Shown: positions 15,827-26,593, counted from the stretch's first letter. The stretch: 64,000 bases of DNA from an uncultured Christensenella sp. (GCA_948466185.1 CAOJZM010000006.1:11448-75447), one strand, 5' to 3'. Program-made: numbers and translations. The notes: generated by a model from the sequence alone, not told the origin.

Positions 15827-16657
15827 ATGTTAAAAGTTTTTGTAGATTCAGGTTGCAGTATAAAAAAAGAAGAGCAAGAAAAGTATCAGATTGAATTAAT
15901 TCCACTTAATATTTTGCTTGGAGAAAAGGAATATAAGGATGGGGAAAATCTTTCAATGGAGGACTTTTATAAATTCTTAATTGATGAAAAAGGATTCCCT
16001 AAAACCTCCCTTCCAGACCTTGTTGAAGTTGAAGAGCGTGTGAAGAAATGTTTGGACCAAGGTGACGAAGTTATCATACTTACAATTTCATCTAAGATTT
16101 CTGGCACCTATAATGCTTTGAGACTGATTTTTGAAGGGGAAAGCCGGGTTAAAGTTATCGATTCAAAATTGGCAGTTGGTGGAATGCGTCTTATTGTTGA
16201 CGAAATAAACCGTAATCGTGACAAGTCATTGGATGTCATCGAGAAGAAAGTTCAGAGCATTATACCAAGAATTAAGATTATGGCGATTCCTGAAACTTTA
16301 AATTATCTTCTTCGCGGGGGAAGATTGTCAAAAAAAGAATGGCTTTTTGGCAGCATGCTTAATATTAAGCCAATCATTGGATTTAAGGAAGGAAGTGTGA
16401 CTGTACTTGCGAAGAAAATGGGGCTAAAAAATGGAATGACTTATATTGCAAGTGCACTTGAAAGTATGAATTGCGATACAAATTATGATATTGTTGCATC
16501 ATATACTTACAATAAATCAAATGTTGATCAGTTGATTGCGATGACGCCTAAAGCATATCATAAAAATATTAAGATTTTCGATAATCTCGACCCAGCTATA
16601 GCATGTCATTGGGGACCAAATGCCTTTGGATACTGCTTTGTTAGTAAGGATGAGTAA
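15827..16657 (+). CDS. DegV family fatty-acid-binding protein
   Basis: KVFVDSGCSI N-terminus and ISSKISGTYNA motif. ATG at 15827 follows GAGAGGG. Confidence 0.8.
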   Translation: MLKVFVDSGCSIKKEEQEKYQIELIPLNILLGEKEYKDGENLSMEDFYKFLIDEKGFPKTSLPDLVEVEERVKKCLDQGDEVIILTISSKISGTYNALRLIFEGESRVKVIDSKLAVGGMRLIVDEINRNRDKSLDVIEKKVQSIIPRIKIMAIPETLNYLLRGGRLSKKEWLFGSMLNIKPIIGFKEGSVTVLAKKMGLKNGMTYIASALESMNCDTNYDIVASYTYNKSNVDQLIAMTPKAYHKNIKIFDNLDPAIACHWGPNAFGYCFVSKDE

Positions 16658-16664
16658 AGTTTTG

Positions 16665-16693
16665 AAAAATCCACAGTTTTTGTGGATTTTTTT
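16665..16693 (+). terminator. rho-independent terminator
   Basis: Stem aaatccaca/tgtggattt followed by a T-run. Confidence 0.7.
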
Positions 16694-16793
16694 AAATAAA
16701 TTCTATGTATTTATACCCGCAAACTCTGTCGGCATTATTTCCTTGACATTTTGATTAAATTTATTATATCATGAGGAAAAAGGAAGGTGGTTT

Positions 16794-18845
16794 ATGGATA
16801 AAAAAATAGAGCCTCTATTTACGCCATGGAAAATTGGTAATGTGGAAATAAAGAACAGAATTGTACTTTGTCCGATGGGTGGGACATCCCTGTTTGGTTG
16901 GATGGAAAGACATCATTTTGATAAAGATGCGGCAGACTTTTTTATGGATCTTGCAAAGAATAATGTTGGGCTTATAATTCCAGGGATTGCACCGCTGAGA
17001 AATATGATTGGTGGAAGCTGGTTATATAAAGCCAAGGGGGCATTTAAAAAACTCAAGGTCTACATGGAAGAATTTCACAAAACAGGTGCTAAACTGTTTG
17101 TACAACTGACTGCTGGTTTTGGACGAAGTTTTTCGGTGCCAAATTCTCTTGTGCCAATGCTTAAACATAAAGTTCTTGGTAAGCTAGTCAAACCAATTTT
17201 AAATGTTGAGTATCTTTGTGCGTCTCCAAGCGTACTTCCTCTTCGTTGGGTTGATGGGGTAAACAGCAGGGCATTAACTCAAAAGGAAATTCGCGCTATG
17301 GTAAATGCATTTGCCAAGACTGCTAAGATGTGTAAGGAAGCAGGCGTTGACGGTGTGGAAATTCACGCTGTCCATGAAGGCTATTTGATAGACCAATTTA
17401 CCACTGAATATACAAACAATCGTACCGACGAATACGGTGGAAGTTTTGAAAACCGCTTCCGTTTTCCTGTGGAAATTGTTCAAGCAATCAAAAACGCATG
17501 TGGAAAAGATTATCCAGTGTCACTACGTTATTCAGTAGTCAGCAAAACCAAAGGCTTTTGTGAAGGTGCAATGCCGGGCGAAAAGTTTAAAGAAGTCGGC
17601 AGAAATATGAAAGAAAGTGAAAAAGCAGCCAAGTATCTTCAAGATGCTGGCTATGATATGCTTGACGCAGACAATGGTACATATGACGCATGGTACTGGG
17701 CACATCCACCTGTCTATATGCCAAGAAATTGCAACCTTGATGATGTGGCACATGTCAGAAAGTTTATAGATATACCTGTGGTTTGTGCAGGAAAGATGAC
17801 TCCAGAAGTCAGTGCAAAGGCAATTAAAGATGGCAAGATCGACGCAATGGGGGTTGCAAGACAATTCCTTGTTGACAGTCACTGGGTTACCAAACTTATG
17901 GAAGGGCATCCAGAAGATATTCAACCTTGTATCTTTTGTCATAATGCTTGTCTTGCCATGTCTCATTATAAGGGGGTTGCAAATGCTTGTGCTTTTGAAG
18001 ATTCAGTGCATATGTCACGATGTGCATTAAATCCAACCACGATGGATGGTGGAAAATACGATATTAAACCTGCAAAGCTGGCAAAGAAAATTGCAATTAT
18101 AGGTGGTGGTGTTGGCGGGATGGAAACCGCCCGCATTGCAACATTACGAGGTCATAAAGTTACCATTTATGAAAAGACAGATAGGCTGGGAGGCGTATTT
18201 ATTGCCGCAGCCGCACCAACTTTTAAAGGTGCTGATAAAGCATTAATAGAATGGTATAGACGCCAGATAAAGAACCTTGCTATTGATGTGAAATTTAATA
18301 CTGAAATAAGCGATATTTCAAAATTGGATGCTGATGAGATTGTAATCGCTACAGGTGCAAAATCGCGTAAATTGAAAATTCAAGGCGGCGACAAGGCGAT
18401 TGAAGCCGTGGAATATTTAAACGGAAAAGATGTCGGGGAAAGGATTGCTGTCATTGGAGGCGGTTTGACAGGATGTGAAATTGCTTATGACCTTCATTTG
18501 AAAGGCAAAAGTCCTATTATAATTGAGACATTGCAAGATTTGATGGTGTCTAATGGACTTTGTCTTGCAAACTCTTCCTATCTTCGAGACTATTTTAAAA
18601 CTAATGATGTGCCAGTTTATCTTGAAAGCAAGTGCTTAGAAATCAAAAAGGGCAGTATTGTTATAGAAGATAAAGAGGGGAAAAAGCATTCAGTCAAAGT
18701 TGATAATGTTATTTGTGCAATCGGATATAATCCAGCACCTCTTGCCAAGGCAGGAAAGCATGTTCATATCGTAGGAGATGCTTTGTCAGTTGGAAATTTA
18801 AGAACTGTTGTTTGGCGAGCTTGGGAAGTTGCAGAAAAATTATAA
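16794..18845 (+). CDS. NADH:flavin oxidoreductase of the 2-enoate/2,4-dienoyl-CoA reductase type (OYE-like FMN domain, Cys cluster, FAD/NAD(P) domain)
   Basis: N-terminus LFTPWKIGNVEIKNRIVLCPMG, Cys-rich CIFCHNACLAMS...C, and GGGVGGME dinucleotide-binding motif. 683 aa. Confidence 0.8.
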   Translation: MDKKIEPLFTPWKIGNVEIKNRIVLCPMGGTSLFGWMERHHFDKDAADFFMDLAKNNVGLIIPGIAPLRNMIGGSWLYKAKGAFKKLKVYMEEFHKTGAKLFVQLTAGFGRSFSVPNSLVPMLKHKVLGKLVKPILNVEYLCASPSVLPLRWVDGVNSRALTQKEIRAMVNAFAKTAKMCKEAGVDGVEIHAVHEGYLIDQFTTEYTNNRTDEYGGSFENRFRFPVEIVQAIKNACGKDYPVSLRYSVVSKTKGFCEGAMPGEKFKEVGRNMKESEKAAKYLQDAGYDMLDADNGTYDAWYWAHPPVYMPRNCNLDDVAHVRKFIDIPVVCAGKMTPEVSAKAIKDGKIDAMGVARQFLVDSHWVTKLMEGHPEDIQPCIFCHNACLAMSHYKGVANACAFEDSVHMSRCALNPTTMDGGKYDIKPAKLAKKIAIIGGGVGGMETARIATLRGHKVTIYEKTDRLGGVFIAAAAPTFKGADKALIEWYRRQIKNLAIDVKFNTEISDISKLDADEIVIATGAKSRKLKIQGGDKAIEAVEYLNGKDVGERIAVIGGGLTGCEIAYDLHLKGKSPIIIETLQDLMVSNGLCLANSSYLRDYFKTNDVPVYLESKCLEIKKGSIVIEDKEGKKHSVKVDNVICAIGYNPAPLAKAGKHVHIVGDALSVGNLRTVVWRAWEVAEKL

Positions 18846-18874
18846 AAAATATAAAAGGAATATAAGAAAAATCT

Positions 18875-21800
18875 ATGTCAGTTAATAAATCTTCTACACC
18901 AAAGAAATTGACACGCAAGGAAATCGAATATATCAATACAAGAAATCTTGCTGCAGCAATTACGTTGTCAATCCTTTTTGTTGCTGTATTTATTACGTTT
19001 ACTGTAATATTTGTTATAAAAAACAGAGACAATGCAGCTTTTGCAAATGAATATTCAAATCAAACTCGTGTTGGATATGAAACAGAATACTTGGGCTTTG
19101 TTGACCGAAAAATCCCAACAGAAATTCAAGATGAGGGGCTGGCTTGTGGTTATCCCACCTATGGATATACAAAGTCTTATACCATGGATGAAAAATTACA
19201 AGTGATTGCAGAGGCCTCATATTTATGTGCTACCCCGACAAGAAATGCTTCTGGAACATTTGACAAAATGGATAGCGAAGGAAATCTTTATTTAAACGGA
19301 ACTCCTCTTAACCGAAAACTATACAAACATACCTCATCAGTTGGAATGTATTTAGGGGATGTGTCAAATGAAGAGCGAGGGGTGATAAAAAGAATAACCA
19401 TGAGCCCAAGAGGCTATAACAGTTATAGCGTTACAGGCCTTTACGCACCAGCAGGAGAAGTGATAAAAGTTCAAATATCTGAAGCAGACATGAAAGCAAC
19501 AAACGGCATTCAAATACATATTGGGCAATGCTTATATAATGGTCAAGCCAATAATATTTGGGAAGCAAGGAATATTAATCGTATGCCTGTTATCCTAAAC
19601 ACCATGAATATAAATACTGCAACAGCAACACTAGAAGATGGGGTATATACCGCATATATAGGTTCATATTTTGGAGGCCCGGTCTATGTGGTCAATGAAG
19701 GCGTGGATTTTTCTGTTGTAATTTCAGGAGCTGTCAACTATTCACATTTTATTTTAGGATATACCACAAAAGAAGAGTTTGAAAGCAATGCTAAATCCAC
19801 CGCTCCATTTTTTGATTTGGAGGTGTGGGAATATGGAGTGCTTCATTCTGGACCAAAATATTATGCCGCGGCGTTCGATTTTGATCAAATTTATGAAGCA
19901 GCTGTACTTTGGGAAAAAATATCTCTTGTTTCAACGCAAGTTACCAACCAAGGAGTTGTATTTTTGTATGACCCTTTTGTTGCTGCGGGTGCCGCCGTTG
20001 CGTTTCCAGGCAGAAGTTCTGTAAACTGTCCTATGGGTTGGATGCCAAATTCACTTAATTACAATACATTTGTCCGCTCAGGAGCATGGGGAAACATGCA
20101 CGAGTATAACCACAATTTTCAAAGTGGCTGGGGACGAGGTGCCGGTGGGGAAGTTACAAATAATGCACTCAATCTGGTTTCCTATAGTCTTTTTACAAAG
20201 ATATCTTCTTCACGAACCTTGGGAGCATCTGGGGATGCTCTTGGAGGCTGGAATAGATATACAAGTGCCACATGGGCCTTAAGACAAACTTTAAGCAGAA
20301 CTGAAAATCCTTTAAGAGAATATGCAACATTGTTACACAGTTATGGTCAAGAGAAATTTTTACAAGCAATAAGATTGCAACGTGCAGGTCGATATGGCCA
20401 GAGTTATTCAGGATATTATAGAGCAGTTACAGAAGCCACACATAATAATATGACCTATTTCTTTAATGAAATATTGGGTGCAGGCTTGCCAGAAGAAAGT
20501 ATAAATCAGTTTAGAGATTCTGGATACCCTATGTATGTTCCGATTTCTTCGATATATCAAACTGGGCAAAGTTTTAATTATGATAATGAAAAGCAATATA
20601 TTGAAACTATGCAACCATATAGAATAAAGTATGGAGCCAATTTTACTATTGATTTATCGGCTTATAAAACCACAAACGGTGACCTCAATGGAATGTATGT
20701 AGGCGGAAGCGTGATCTTGCCAAGCGGATTTTCATATAGAATTAAAAGCATAACACAACCAAAACATGGTAAAATTACTAAAACTGAAGAAAATATTTAT
20801 ACATTTACACCAGATAAATCCAACTTACGCTCTGGCAAAATATATGTTACAATTGAAATAACAAAGGATGACCATGCGTTTGAAGTGGATGATGTTGATT
20901 TGGTATTGGAATTTGAGCAAGATCATGAAATAAACAAAACCATGCTTCAACGAACGGTCTATACTTACTCGGATGAAAATAAGTATACAGATCCAGTCAC
21001 AGCTTACGAAAGTGGGTATGCAGGATACTCCAGCAAAGAAGAAACAGACAATATAAACCCAGTACAAAATGGGAATGCGGAAGTCTGGTATACAACGCCG
21101 CCGGCTATTAATAGCATTGTGGAGATAAGAGGAAAGCTGCTTGCAAGTGAGGCGGGGAAATATCGCATTGCTTTGCGAGGCAGACATTATGCTGCACTTT
21201 ATGTTTCACTTGACAATGGTAATTCATATGATCTTGCTGTTAATTTAAAGAATGAAAGTAATTTTAATGGCTTTAATATGAATGACCCAAGTACATATCA
21301 AGATTTGAAAGATATAAAAGCTGGACAGTGGATATATTTTAAAGCATTATTTATAGTTGATTATAAATCGGCATTTATTGGAGTCGGTTGGGGAAGATTT
21401 GAGCCACCGTCAGGGTATTTTGACGAAGAAGGAAATTATATAGGAAGCAGTGAGGAAACAATATCTGTTAACTATGCGTCAGCATATAGAAGCACCTATG
21501 AAATTATAAATAAAAAATTTGAAACTGATTACTTTTTGGTAAGAAATTACTCACAAAATTTTACAAATACAGAAAATTTCTCATTAAATCAAAAAGTTGT
21601 AAGCTCTCCAAATTATAATCCATGGGATGAAAGCTTTGATATTAATAACTTGTTTGACGGAAATAAAGATACAAATATACATACCAAGAACTTCGTTTCT
21701 GCAAACTCTCCATTTGAACTTGTTGTTGATGCTGGGAAGGAAATAAAGGCCAACAGAATGACGCTCTATGGATATACAAAAGCCTCATCTGTTCAAAATA

Positions 21801-22363
21801 GTGCCCTGCCAGTCACATTTGATCTTTTTGGTAGTTTAGACGGCGAAAATTTTGATATGCTTATCGGCAGCTTTACCAATCTTTCGGTAAATAATATAAA
21901 TTTAACCGTTTCATTTGAGGAAAAAAGTTTTAGGTATTACAAGCTTATTGTTACCAAAACAAATACAAGCAGATACTTAGCTCTCAACAGTATAGACTTT
22001 TCTCATTATTTATCCTTGCAAAATGGGGAAAAGTACTCTCCTGATAATGCAAAATTCGAATTTAAAGGCCGATGGACGATAAAATCAACGAAATCCACAT
22101 TCGGACATGTTTATCAAGGTGATAAAAATGCCAATGTAATTTTTGAGTTTACAGGCCGAAGAATAGGTATACTTTCATCTGCAAATCTAAAAGGGAATTT
22201 TGAGGTTTGGGTTGATGGCTATATTGTTGACTCAATTTCTCTAGCGGAAACTAATGGTACAAGTGTGATGTCTTATCTATCTAAGGAGCTTAAAGACGGA
22301 CATCACAAGGTTAGAATATTCTGTAAATCTATGGCTACAATAGATTCGATAATCACATGGTAG
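18875..22363 (+). CDS. membrane-anchored M60-like (enhancin-type) zinc peptidase with PA14-like and F5/8 type C (discoidin)-like C-terminal modules
   Basis: N-terminal TM AAITLSILFVAVFITFTVIFVI. GAWGNMHEYNHNFQ places HEXXH at nt 20099-20113. GKYRIALRGRHYAALYVSLDNG is PA14-like and NNLFDGNKDTNIH...LFGSLDGENF is discoidin-like. Confidence 0.75.
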   Translation: MSVNKSSTPKKLTRKEIEYINTRNLAAAITLSILFVAVFITFTVIFVIKNRDNAAFANEYSNQTRVGYETEYLGFVDRKIPTEIQDEGLACGYPTYGYTKSYTMDEKLQVIAEASYLCATPTRNASGTFDKMDSEGNLYLNGTPLNRKLYKHTSSVGMYLGDVSNEERGVIKRITMSPRGYNSYSVTGLYAPAGEVIKVQISEADMKATNGIQIHIGQCLYNGQANNIWEARNINRMPVILNTMNINTATATLEDGVYTAYIGSYFGGPVYVVNEGVDFSVVISGAVNYSHFILGYTTKEEFESNAKSTAPFFDLEVWEYGVLHSGPKYYAAAFDFDQIYEAAVLWEKISLVSTQVTNQGVVFLYDPFVAAGAAVAFPGRSSVNCPMGWMPNSLNYNTFVRSGAWGNMHEYNHNFQSGWGRGAGGEVTNNALNLVSYSLFTKISSSRTLGASGDALGGWNRYTSATWALRQTLSRTENPLREYATLLHSYGQEKFLQAIRLQRAGRYGQSYSGYYRAVTEATHNNMTYFFNEILGAGLPEESINQFRDSGYPMYVPISSIYQTGQSFNYDNEKQYIETMQPYRIKYGANFTIDLSAYKTTNGDLNGMYVGGSVILPSGFSYRIKSITQPKHGKITKTEENIYTFTPDKSNLRSGKIYVTIEITKDDHAFEVDDVDLVLEFEQDHEINKTMLQRTVYTYSDENKYTDPVTAYESGYAGYSSKEETDNINPVQNGNAEVWYTTPPAINSIVEIRGKLLASEAGKYRIALRGRHYAALYVSLDNGNSYDLAVNLKNESNFNGFNMNDPSTYQDLKDIKAGQWIYFKALFIVDYKSAFIGVGWGRFEPPSGYFDEEGNYIGSSEETISVNYASAYRSTYEIINKKFETDYFLVRNYSQNFTNTENFSLNQKVVSSPNYNPWDESFDINNLFDGNKDTNIHTKNFVSANSPFELVVDAGKEIKANRMTLYGYTKASSVQNSALPVTFDLFGSLDGENFDMLIGSFTNLSVNNINLTVSFEEKSFRYYKLIVTKTNTSRYLALNSIDFSHYLSLQNGEKYSPDNAKFEFKGRWTIKSTKSTFGHVYQGDKNANVIFEFTGRRIGILSSANLKGNFEVWVDGYIVDSISLAETNGTSVMSYLSKELKDGHHKVRIFCKSMATIDSIITW

Positions 22364-22450
22364 CAAAGAGAAATTCTTGATTTAATAAAAAATTTTGCAC
22401 ACATTGCGGATTTTACTTTGGAAACGAGTATAAATTTGATAGCTAAACAG

Positions 22451-22503
22451 AAAACAAAAAACGCTATAAGTCTTTATTTTACTGACTTATAGCGTTTTGT
22501 TTA
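22451..22503. terminator. bidirectional terminator (M60 gene on + and tRNA on -)
   Basis: 12-bp stem acgctataagtc/gacttatagcgt (22461-22472/22484-22495) with A-run and T-run flanks. Confidence 0.7.
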
Positions 22504-22506
22504 TAG

Positions 22507-22583
22507 TGGTAGAGATGAGTGGACTCGAACCACCGACCCCCACCTTATCAGGGTGGTGCTCTAACCAGCTGAGCTACACCTCT
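22507..22583 (-). tRNA. tRNA-Ile (anticodon GAU), CCA encoded
   Basis: The 77-nt reverse complement folds by hand as a cloverleaf: acceptor AGAGGTG/CATCTCT, D arm GCTC..GAGC, anticodon stem CCACC/GGTGG with loop CTGATAA, T arm GGTGG TTCGAGT CCACT, then ACCA. Confidence 0.9.
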
Positions 22584-22699
22584 ATATCTGCGTTTAAGAA
22601 GCATATGTTTTTACTCAAAGAGGGATTTAAATGAGAAAAATATATTTTTAGCCTCTTTTTATTAACGCATTAGCATTATACCCTGTATTTTTCAATAAG

Positions 22700-23365
22700 T
22701 CAACCATTTTTATCGATTTTCTGAGAAATTTTGATAGGAATGGAAAATACTAGGCCAATTTCATCGATATCAAATTTGATAAAACCTTCGTTGCTTGCAC
22801 TTATAATAAAATATTCGATTTCTTTTGTTATATTAATGTTTTCAGAACAGTCTATTTTAACATTTACGCTGCTATAGTCATAAATTTGGTTATTAATATC
22901 AGTTATCACAAGTTTAAAGCTTGCCATTTCACTGATAAGAAATAAAATACCGTTATCGTAAGTGCAATTGTTCTCTGGTTCTATACTGAAATTATAATTA
23001 GAAGGCGTGGGAGCAGGGTTTGATGTCACAGTTATTGTCGAACTTGCATAACAAACTTGTCCATCAAAACTTGCTGTTGCACGTAAAATCGTTGTTCCTT
23101 CTTTTAAGGCGGTTATATTATTTTCAGTTATGCTTGCGATTTGCGGGTCGGCAACAATAAAAGATAATTCTGCTTCGGGCATGTTTGTTTCATAAACGAT
23201 GGAAGTTGTTTGACCTACATATAAATCCAGTTTATTTGGAAGAGTGAAAGTTAAATTTGTCTTTTCATGATTGTAAAATAGGTAAATGCCAAGCATAGCT
23301 GATATGCTTAACAACAAACATATAAGTGCACCCATAATGAGTTTAAAATTTCTTGAAATAGACAT
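22700..23365 (-). CDS. membrane-anchored protein with a Big_2-like (bacterial Ig-like) domain
   Basis: N-terminal TM LIMGALICLLLSISAMLGIYLF. ITALKEGTTILRATASFDGQVCYASSTITVTS is Big_2-like. Confidence 0.6.
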   Translation of the reverse strand: MSISRNFKLIMGALICLLLSISAMLGIYLFYNHEKTNLTFTLPNKLDLYVGQTTSIVYETNMPEAELSFIVADPQIASITENNITALKEGTTILRATASFDGQVCYASSTITVTSNPAPTPSNYNFSIEPENNCTYDNGILFLISEMASFKLVITDINNQIYDYSSVNVKIDCSENINITKEIEYFIISASNEGFIKFDIDEIGLVFSIPIKISQKIDKNG

Positions 23366-23433
23366 AACTTTATTTTAAACGAATTATGTCGAAAAACAAA
23401 GAAAAAAGCAGGAATAATATTAAAATTTTATTA

Positions 23434-24933
23434 TTAAAACAAAGGCTTTTCCATGATTTTTGGTGGTTTTATATCCAGTAGTTTTAAAACGGTGGGGGCT
23501 ATATTTGCAATAGTGCAACCTTTTTTAAGTTTAGCCTTTTTGAATCTTTCGCTGACAAAGAAGCATGGAACATCATTTGTTGTGTGATTTGTTACTTGGT
23601 TTCCTTTTTCGTCTATCATCAACTCGGCATTACCATGGTCGGCAGTTATTATGCAGTCTCCGCCAGCCATAAGTGTGGCAAGGGCAAGAGCATAGGCCTG
23701 TTTTTCTACACAAGTGATGGCTTCTTTGGTTGCTTCAAAGTTGCCAGTGTGGCCAAGCATATCGGGGTTGGAATAATTAACAAGAATAAAATCATATTTT
23801 TGAGATGCAATAGCATCAAGGGAGTTTTCTGTGATTTCAATTGCCTTCATTTTTGGGTAGTAGGCGTAACTATCAGTTTTAATTGTTTCAATAAGTTTGC
23901 GAGTTTCTCCAGGATATGCAGTGTCTACAGTGCCATTAAAAAAGTATGTTACATGCATGTATTTGGTGGTTTCGGCAATATGAAACTGTGTTTTCCCATT
24001 TTTTGATAGAACAGCAGCTAAGCTGTTATCCACTGTTTTAGGCGGAAATGCGGTATTTAAATGCGATAAGTCGTCAGCATATTGTGTCATTTGTGTATAA
24101 AGTAAGTTTTTAAAATGCTTTATCTTAAATTCCTTAAAGTTTGGGTCGGTAAAAGCGTAGGTAATTTCTCTTTCCCTATCCGTGCGATAATTAAAGAAAA
24201 TTAAACTATCATTATCTTCGACACGGGCATTCTCGTCAATAACATAAGGATCTAAAAATTCGTCGGTGGTACCGTTTGCATATCCGTCTTGTATCGCATT
24301 AGCGGCAGAACTTACTTTTTTTCCTTTCCCATACACCAAAAGGTCATACATGACCTTAACACGTGCATAGTTAAGTTCTCGGTCCAGATATACTCGGCCA
24401 AGCACTGTTCCAATCTTGATATTTGTGTCTTTGATTCTTTCCTCAATCATGGATATATATTTCTGTGCGGATTTTATTTCGCTGTCACGGCCATCGGTAA
24501 ACGCGTGGATATATATCTTTTTGATTTTGAAATTCTTGGCCATTTCAAGTATTGCAAACATATGGGCAATATCAGAATGAACTCTACCATCAGAAATTAT
24601 GCCCATAATGTGCAAATTACTTTTATTTTTCTCAGCGTGCTTAATAGCCTTAAGCAATGCAGCGTTTTTATAAAAATTTCCGTTTTTAATTTCTTTATCT
24701 ATCAAACTTAAGTCCTGAAAAATTGCTCGTCCTGCACCAAGTGTAAGGTGCCCAGCTTCAGAATTGCCCATAACGCCTTTGGGCAAACCTACGGCTTCAC
24801 CGCTTGCTTTTAATGTGGTGTAGGGATATATTTTTTTTAACTTATCGAGGTTTGGAGTGCCTGCCGACTTAATGGCATTTCCAAACTTCTTTTTGTTTAG
24901 TCCAAATCCGTCTAAAATGATGAGTGTAACCAT
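23434..24933 (-). CDS. gpmI: 2,3-bisphosphoglycerate-independent phosphoglycerate mutase
   Basis: MVTLIILDGFG..., SEAGHL, TDGRD, ADHGNAE. 499 aa. Confidence 0.9.
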   Translation of the reverse strand: MVTLIILDGFGLNKKKFGNAIKSAGTPNLDKLKKIYPYTTLKASGEAVGLPKGVMGNSEAGHLTLGAGRAIFQDLSLIDKEIKNGNFYKNAALLKAIKHAEKNKSNLHIMGIISDGRVHSDIAHMFAILEMAKNFKIKKIYIHAFTDGRDSEIKSAQKYISMIEERIKDTNIKIGTVLGRVYLDRELNYARVKVMYDLLVYGKGKKVSSAANAIQDGYANGTTDEFLDPYVIDENARVEDNDSLIFFNYRTDREREITYAFTDPNFKEFKIKHFKNLLYTQMTQYADDLSHLNTAFPPKTVDNSLAAVLSKNGKTQFHIAETTKYMHVTYFFNGTVDTAYPGETRKLIETIKTDSYAYYPKMKAIEITENSLDAIASQKYDFILVNYSNPDMLGHTGNFEATKEAITCVEKQAYALALATLMAGGDCIITADHGNAELMIDEKGNQVTNHTTNDVPCFFVSERFKKAKLKKGCTIANIAPTVLKLLDIKPPKIMEKPLF

Positions 24934-25023
24934 GTTTTCTCCTTTTTAAAGTTTATTATCTTTTTTAAGTTATGTCAAACAAAGTTTGACCAAAGGGCAT
25001 ATATAATTTTGAAAGGAGTTATA

Positions 25024-25623
25024 ATGTCACGATTATCAGATAATTTTATATTAAAATTTGAACCATTATCACAAACCTATGTGGTTGTAAAAAATGACAA
25101 AGTAAAAATGCAAATTGATGAGCAGCCACGACCTGCCACGCCGCCGGTTATCACCCCGGCACCACAGCCGCCTCAAAGTCCTGAACCAGTTAATCCGCCG
25201 GCCCCAGCCCCAAGTTTGCCAAGTGGCGAAGATGCTGTATGTCTTTCTGCCACACTGTATAACAGCACAAGAATATTAAGTATGCTATATCAACAAATGC
25301 GAAATATAAGCAGGTCAAATGCGTCGCAAATAGCAAAGCTTGAACAGGAGAATGCTTTAACTCAGATACCGCTTTTAAATATATACTTTGAACTTAGCGG
25401 TGAATCCACAAGACCAGTTCAAAATTTAAAGGTGCCAAGTTTAGGGAATAATTTTTGCTCTGGGCTTGAGGTTGTGAGTGATTATTTACAAAGCATGATT
25501 AATACAAATCTTGCACTACAGAGGGCGGTAAATGTGCAAGATATAACAAGACAACTTTTGATTATAGGCACCAGTTTTGCTTCTCAAAAATCAGAGATAG
25601 ACAATATGAAAAATTCTTGTTAA
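25024..25623 (+). CDS. hypothetical protein with a Pro-rich linker and helical C-terminal domain
   Basis: ATG at 25024 follows AAAGGAG. Contains PRPATPPVITPAPQPPQSPEPVNPPAPAP. I recognised no family. Confidence 0.6.
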   Translation: MSRLSDNFILKFEPLSQTYVVVKNDKVKMQIDEQPRPATPPVITPAPQPPQSPEPVNPPAPAPSLPSGEDAVCLSATLYNSTRILSMLYQQMRNISRSNASQIAKLEQENALTQIPLLNIYFELSGESTRPVQNLKVPSLGNNFCSGLEVVSDYLQSMINTNLALQRAVNVQDITRQLLIIGTSFASQKSEIDNMKNSC

Positions 25624-25659
25624 ATTAAATAATTAATTCAAAAAATATAAAAATAATTA

Positions 25660-25690
25660 AAAAAATCAGTAAAAAACACTGATTTTTTTC
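25660..25690. terminator. bidirectional terminator
   Basis: aaaaaatcagt / actgattttttt palindrome between convergent genes. Confidence 0.55.
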
Positions 25691-25723
25691 ATTTTTTAAG
25701 TAAATTTTAATTTTTAATTATTT

Positions 25724-26428
25724 TTAATCAAATAAATTATATCTTTCTTTGTGTATGATAGCATTAAATATTTTATTTTTAGCATCATTATATTTTTTGT
25801 CCAAATTTTCCAATATTTTTTTCGCTTCTTGACGCTGTGTTTTGTGGTCAACAGAGCAAATATTTTTGACAACGGGAAAGTTTTTAGACACAGAGCAAAT
25901 ATCTTCTTCGCAACAATACAACAAAGGTCGAATTATGTTTAGATCGGTTTTTGAAAGGTAACTTTTGGGTTTAAAAGTTGAAAGTCTGCCTTCAAAAAAT
26001 AGGGAGATTATAAAAGTTTCAATCAGGTCATCTTTATGGTGCCCGAGTGCAACTTTATTGCAACCATGGGCTTTTGCTGCACTGTTTAGAAGCCCTCTTC
26101 GCATATTTGCACATAAACTACAAGGATTTTTTTCCTTTCTTATGTCAAAAACCACCTCAAATACATTGGATGGGATAAGCTGAAAAGGAACTCCTAAATC
26201 GTCGCAATATTGTGTGAGTGGTGAAAAATCCATTTTTCCATTGCTTAAATCAACAGCTATTGCAATCAGTTCAAATTTCTGTGGACTGAATGATTGATAT
26301 CTTTTTAATGCTGTCAACAGGGTGAGGCTATCTTTGCCTCCGGACAGCCCCACAGCAATCTTGTCGCCATCATCAATCAAATTATATTCTTCACAAACTT
26401 TCCTAAGTCCGCCCAAAATTTTTTGCAT
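25724..26428 (-). CDS. ttcA: PP-loop ATPase, tRNA 2-thiocytidine synthase TtcA-like
   Basis: Contains AVGLSGGKDS (PP-loop), NPCSLCANMRRG and GHHKDD. Confidence 0.75.
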   Translation of the reverse strand: MQKILGGLRKVCEEYNLIDDGDKIAVGLSGGKDSLTLLTALKRYQSFSPQKFELIAIAVDLSNGKMDFSPLTQYCDDLGVPFQLIPSNVFEVVFDIRKEKNPCSLCANMRRGLLNSAAKAHGCNKVALGHHKDDLIETFIISLFFEGRLSTFKPKSYLSKTDLNIIRPLLYCCEEDICSVSKNFPVVKNICSVDHKTQRQEAKKILENLDKKYNDAKNKIFNAIIHKERYNLFD

Positions 26429-26593
26429 AACTTGCTCCTGTTAAAAAAATATATCAAAAAAACAATTAAAAAGCAATAAAAAATTATTATTTATTATTTT
26501 TTTGTGTATTTTCTTCTGAATAAAAGTAATCAATATTTCAAAAAATAAATGCGAAATATATATATTTATTTTTTATATATAATTGGGAATTAT

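Noticed and set aside
18709-19220. Minus-strand ORFs 18709..19032 and 19014..19220 spanning the oxidoreductase/M60 junction
   Set aside because: They are antisense to two well-supported plus-strand genes, with no start signals.
22364-22700. tRNA-Ile as an integration hotspot for an adjacent island
   Set aside because: I saw no direct repeat of the tRNA 3' end and no integrase nearby. The flanking genes (M60 peptidase and the Big_2 protein) have their own terminators, so there is no positive evidence for an att site.
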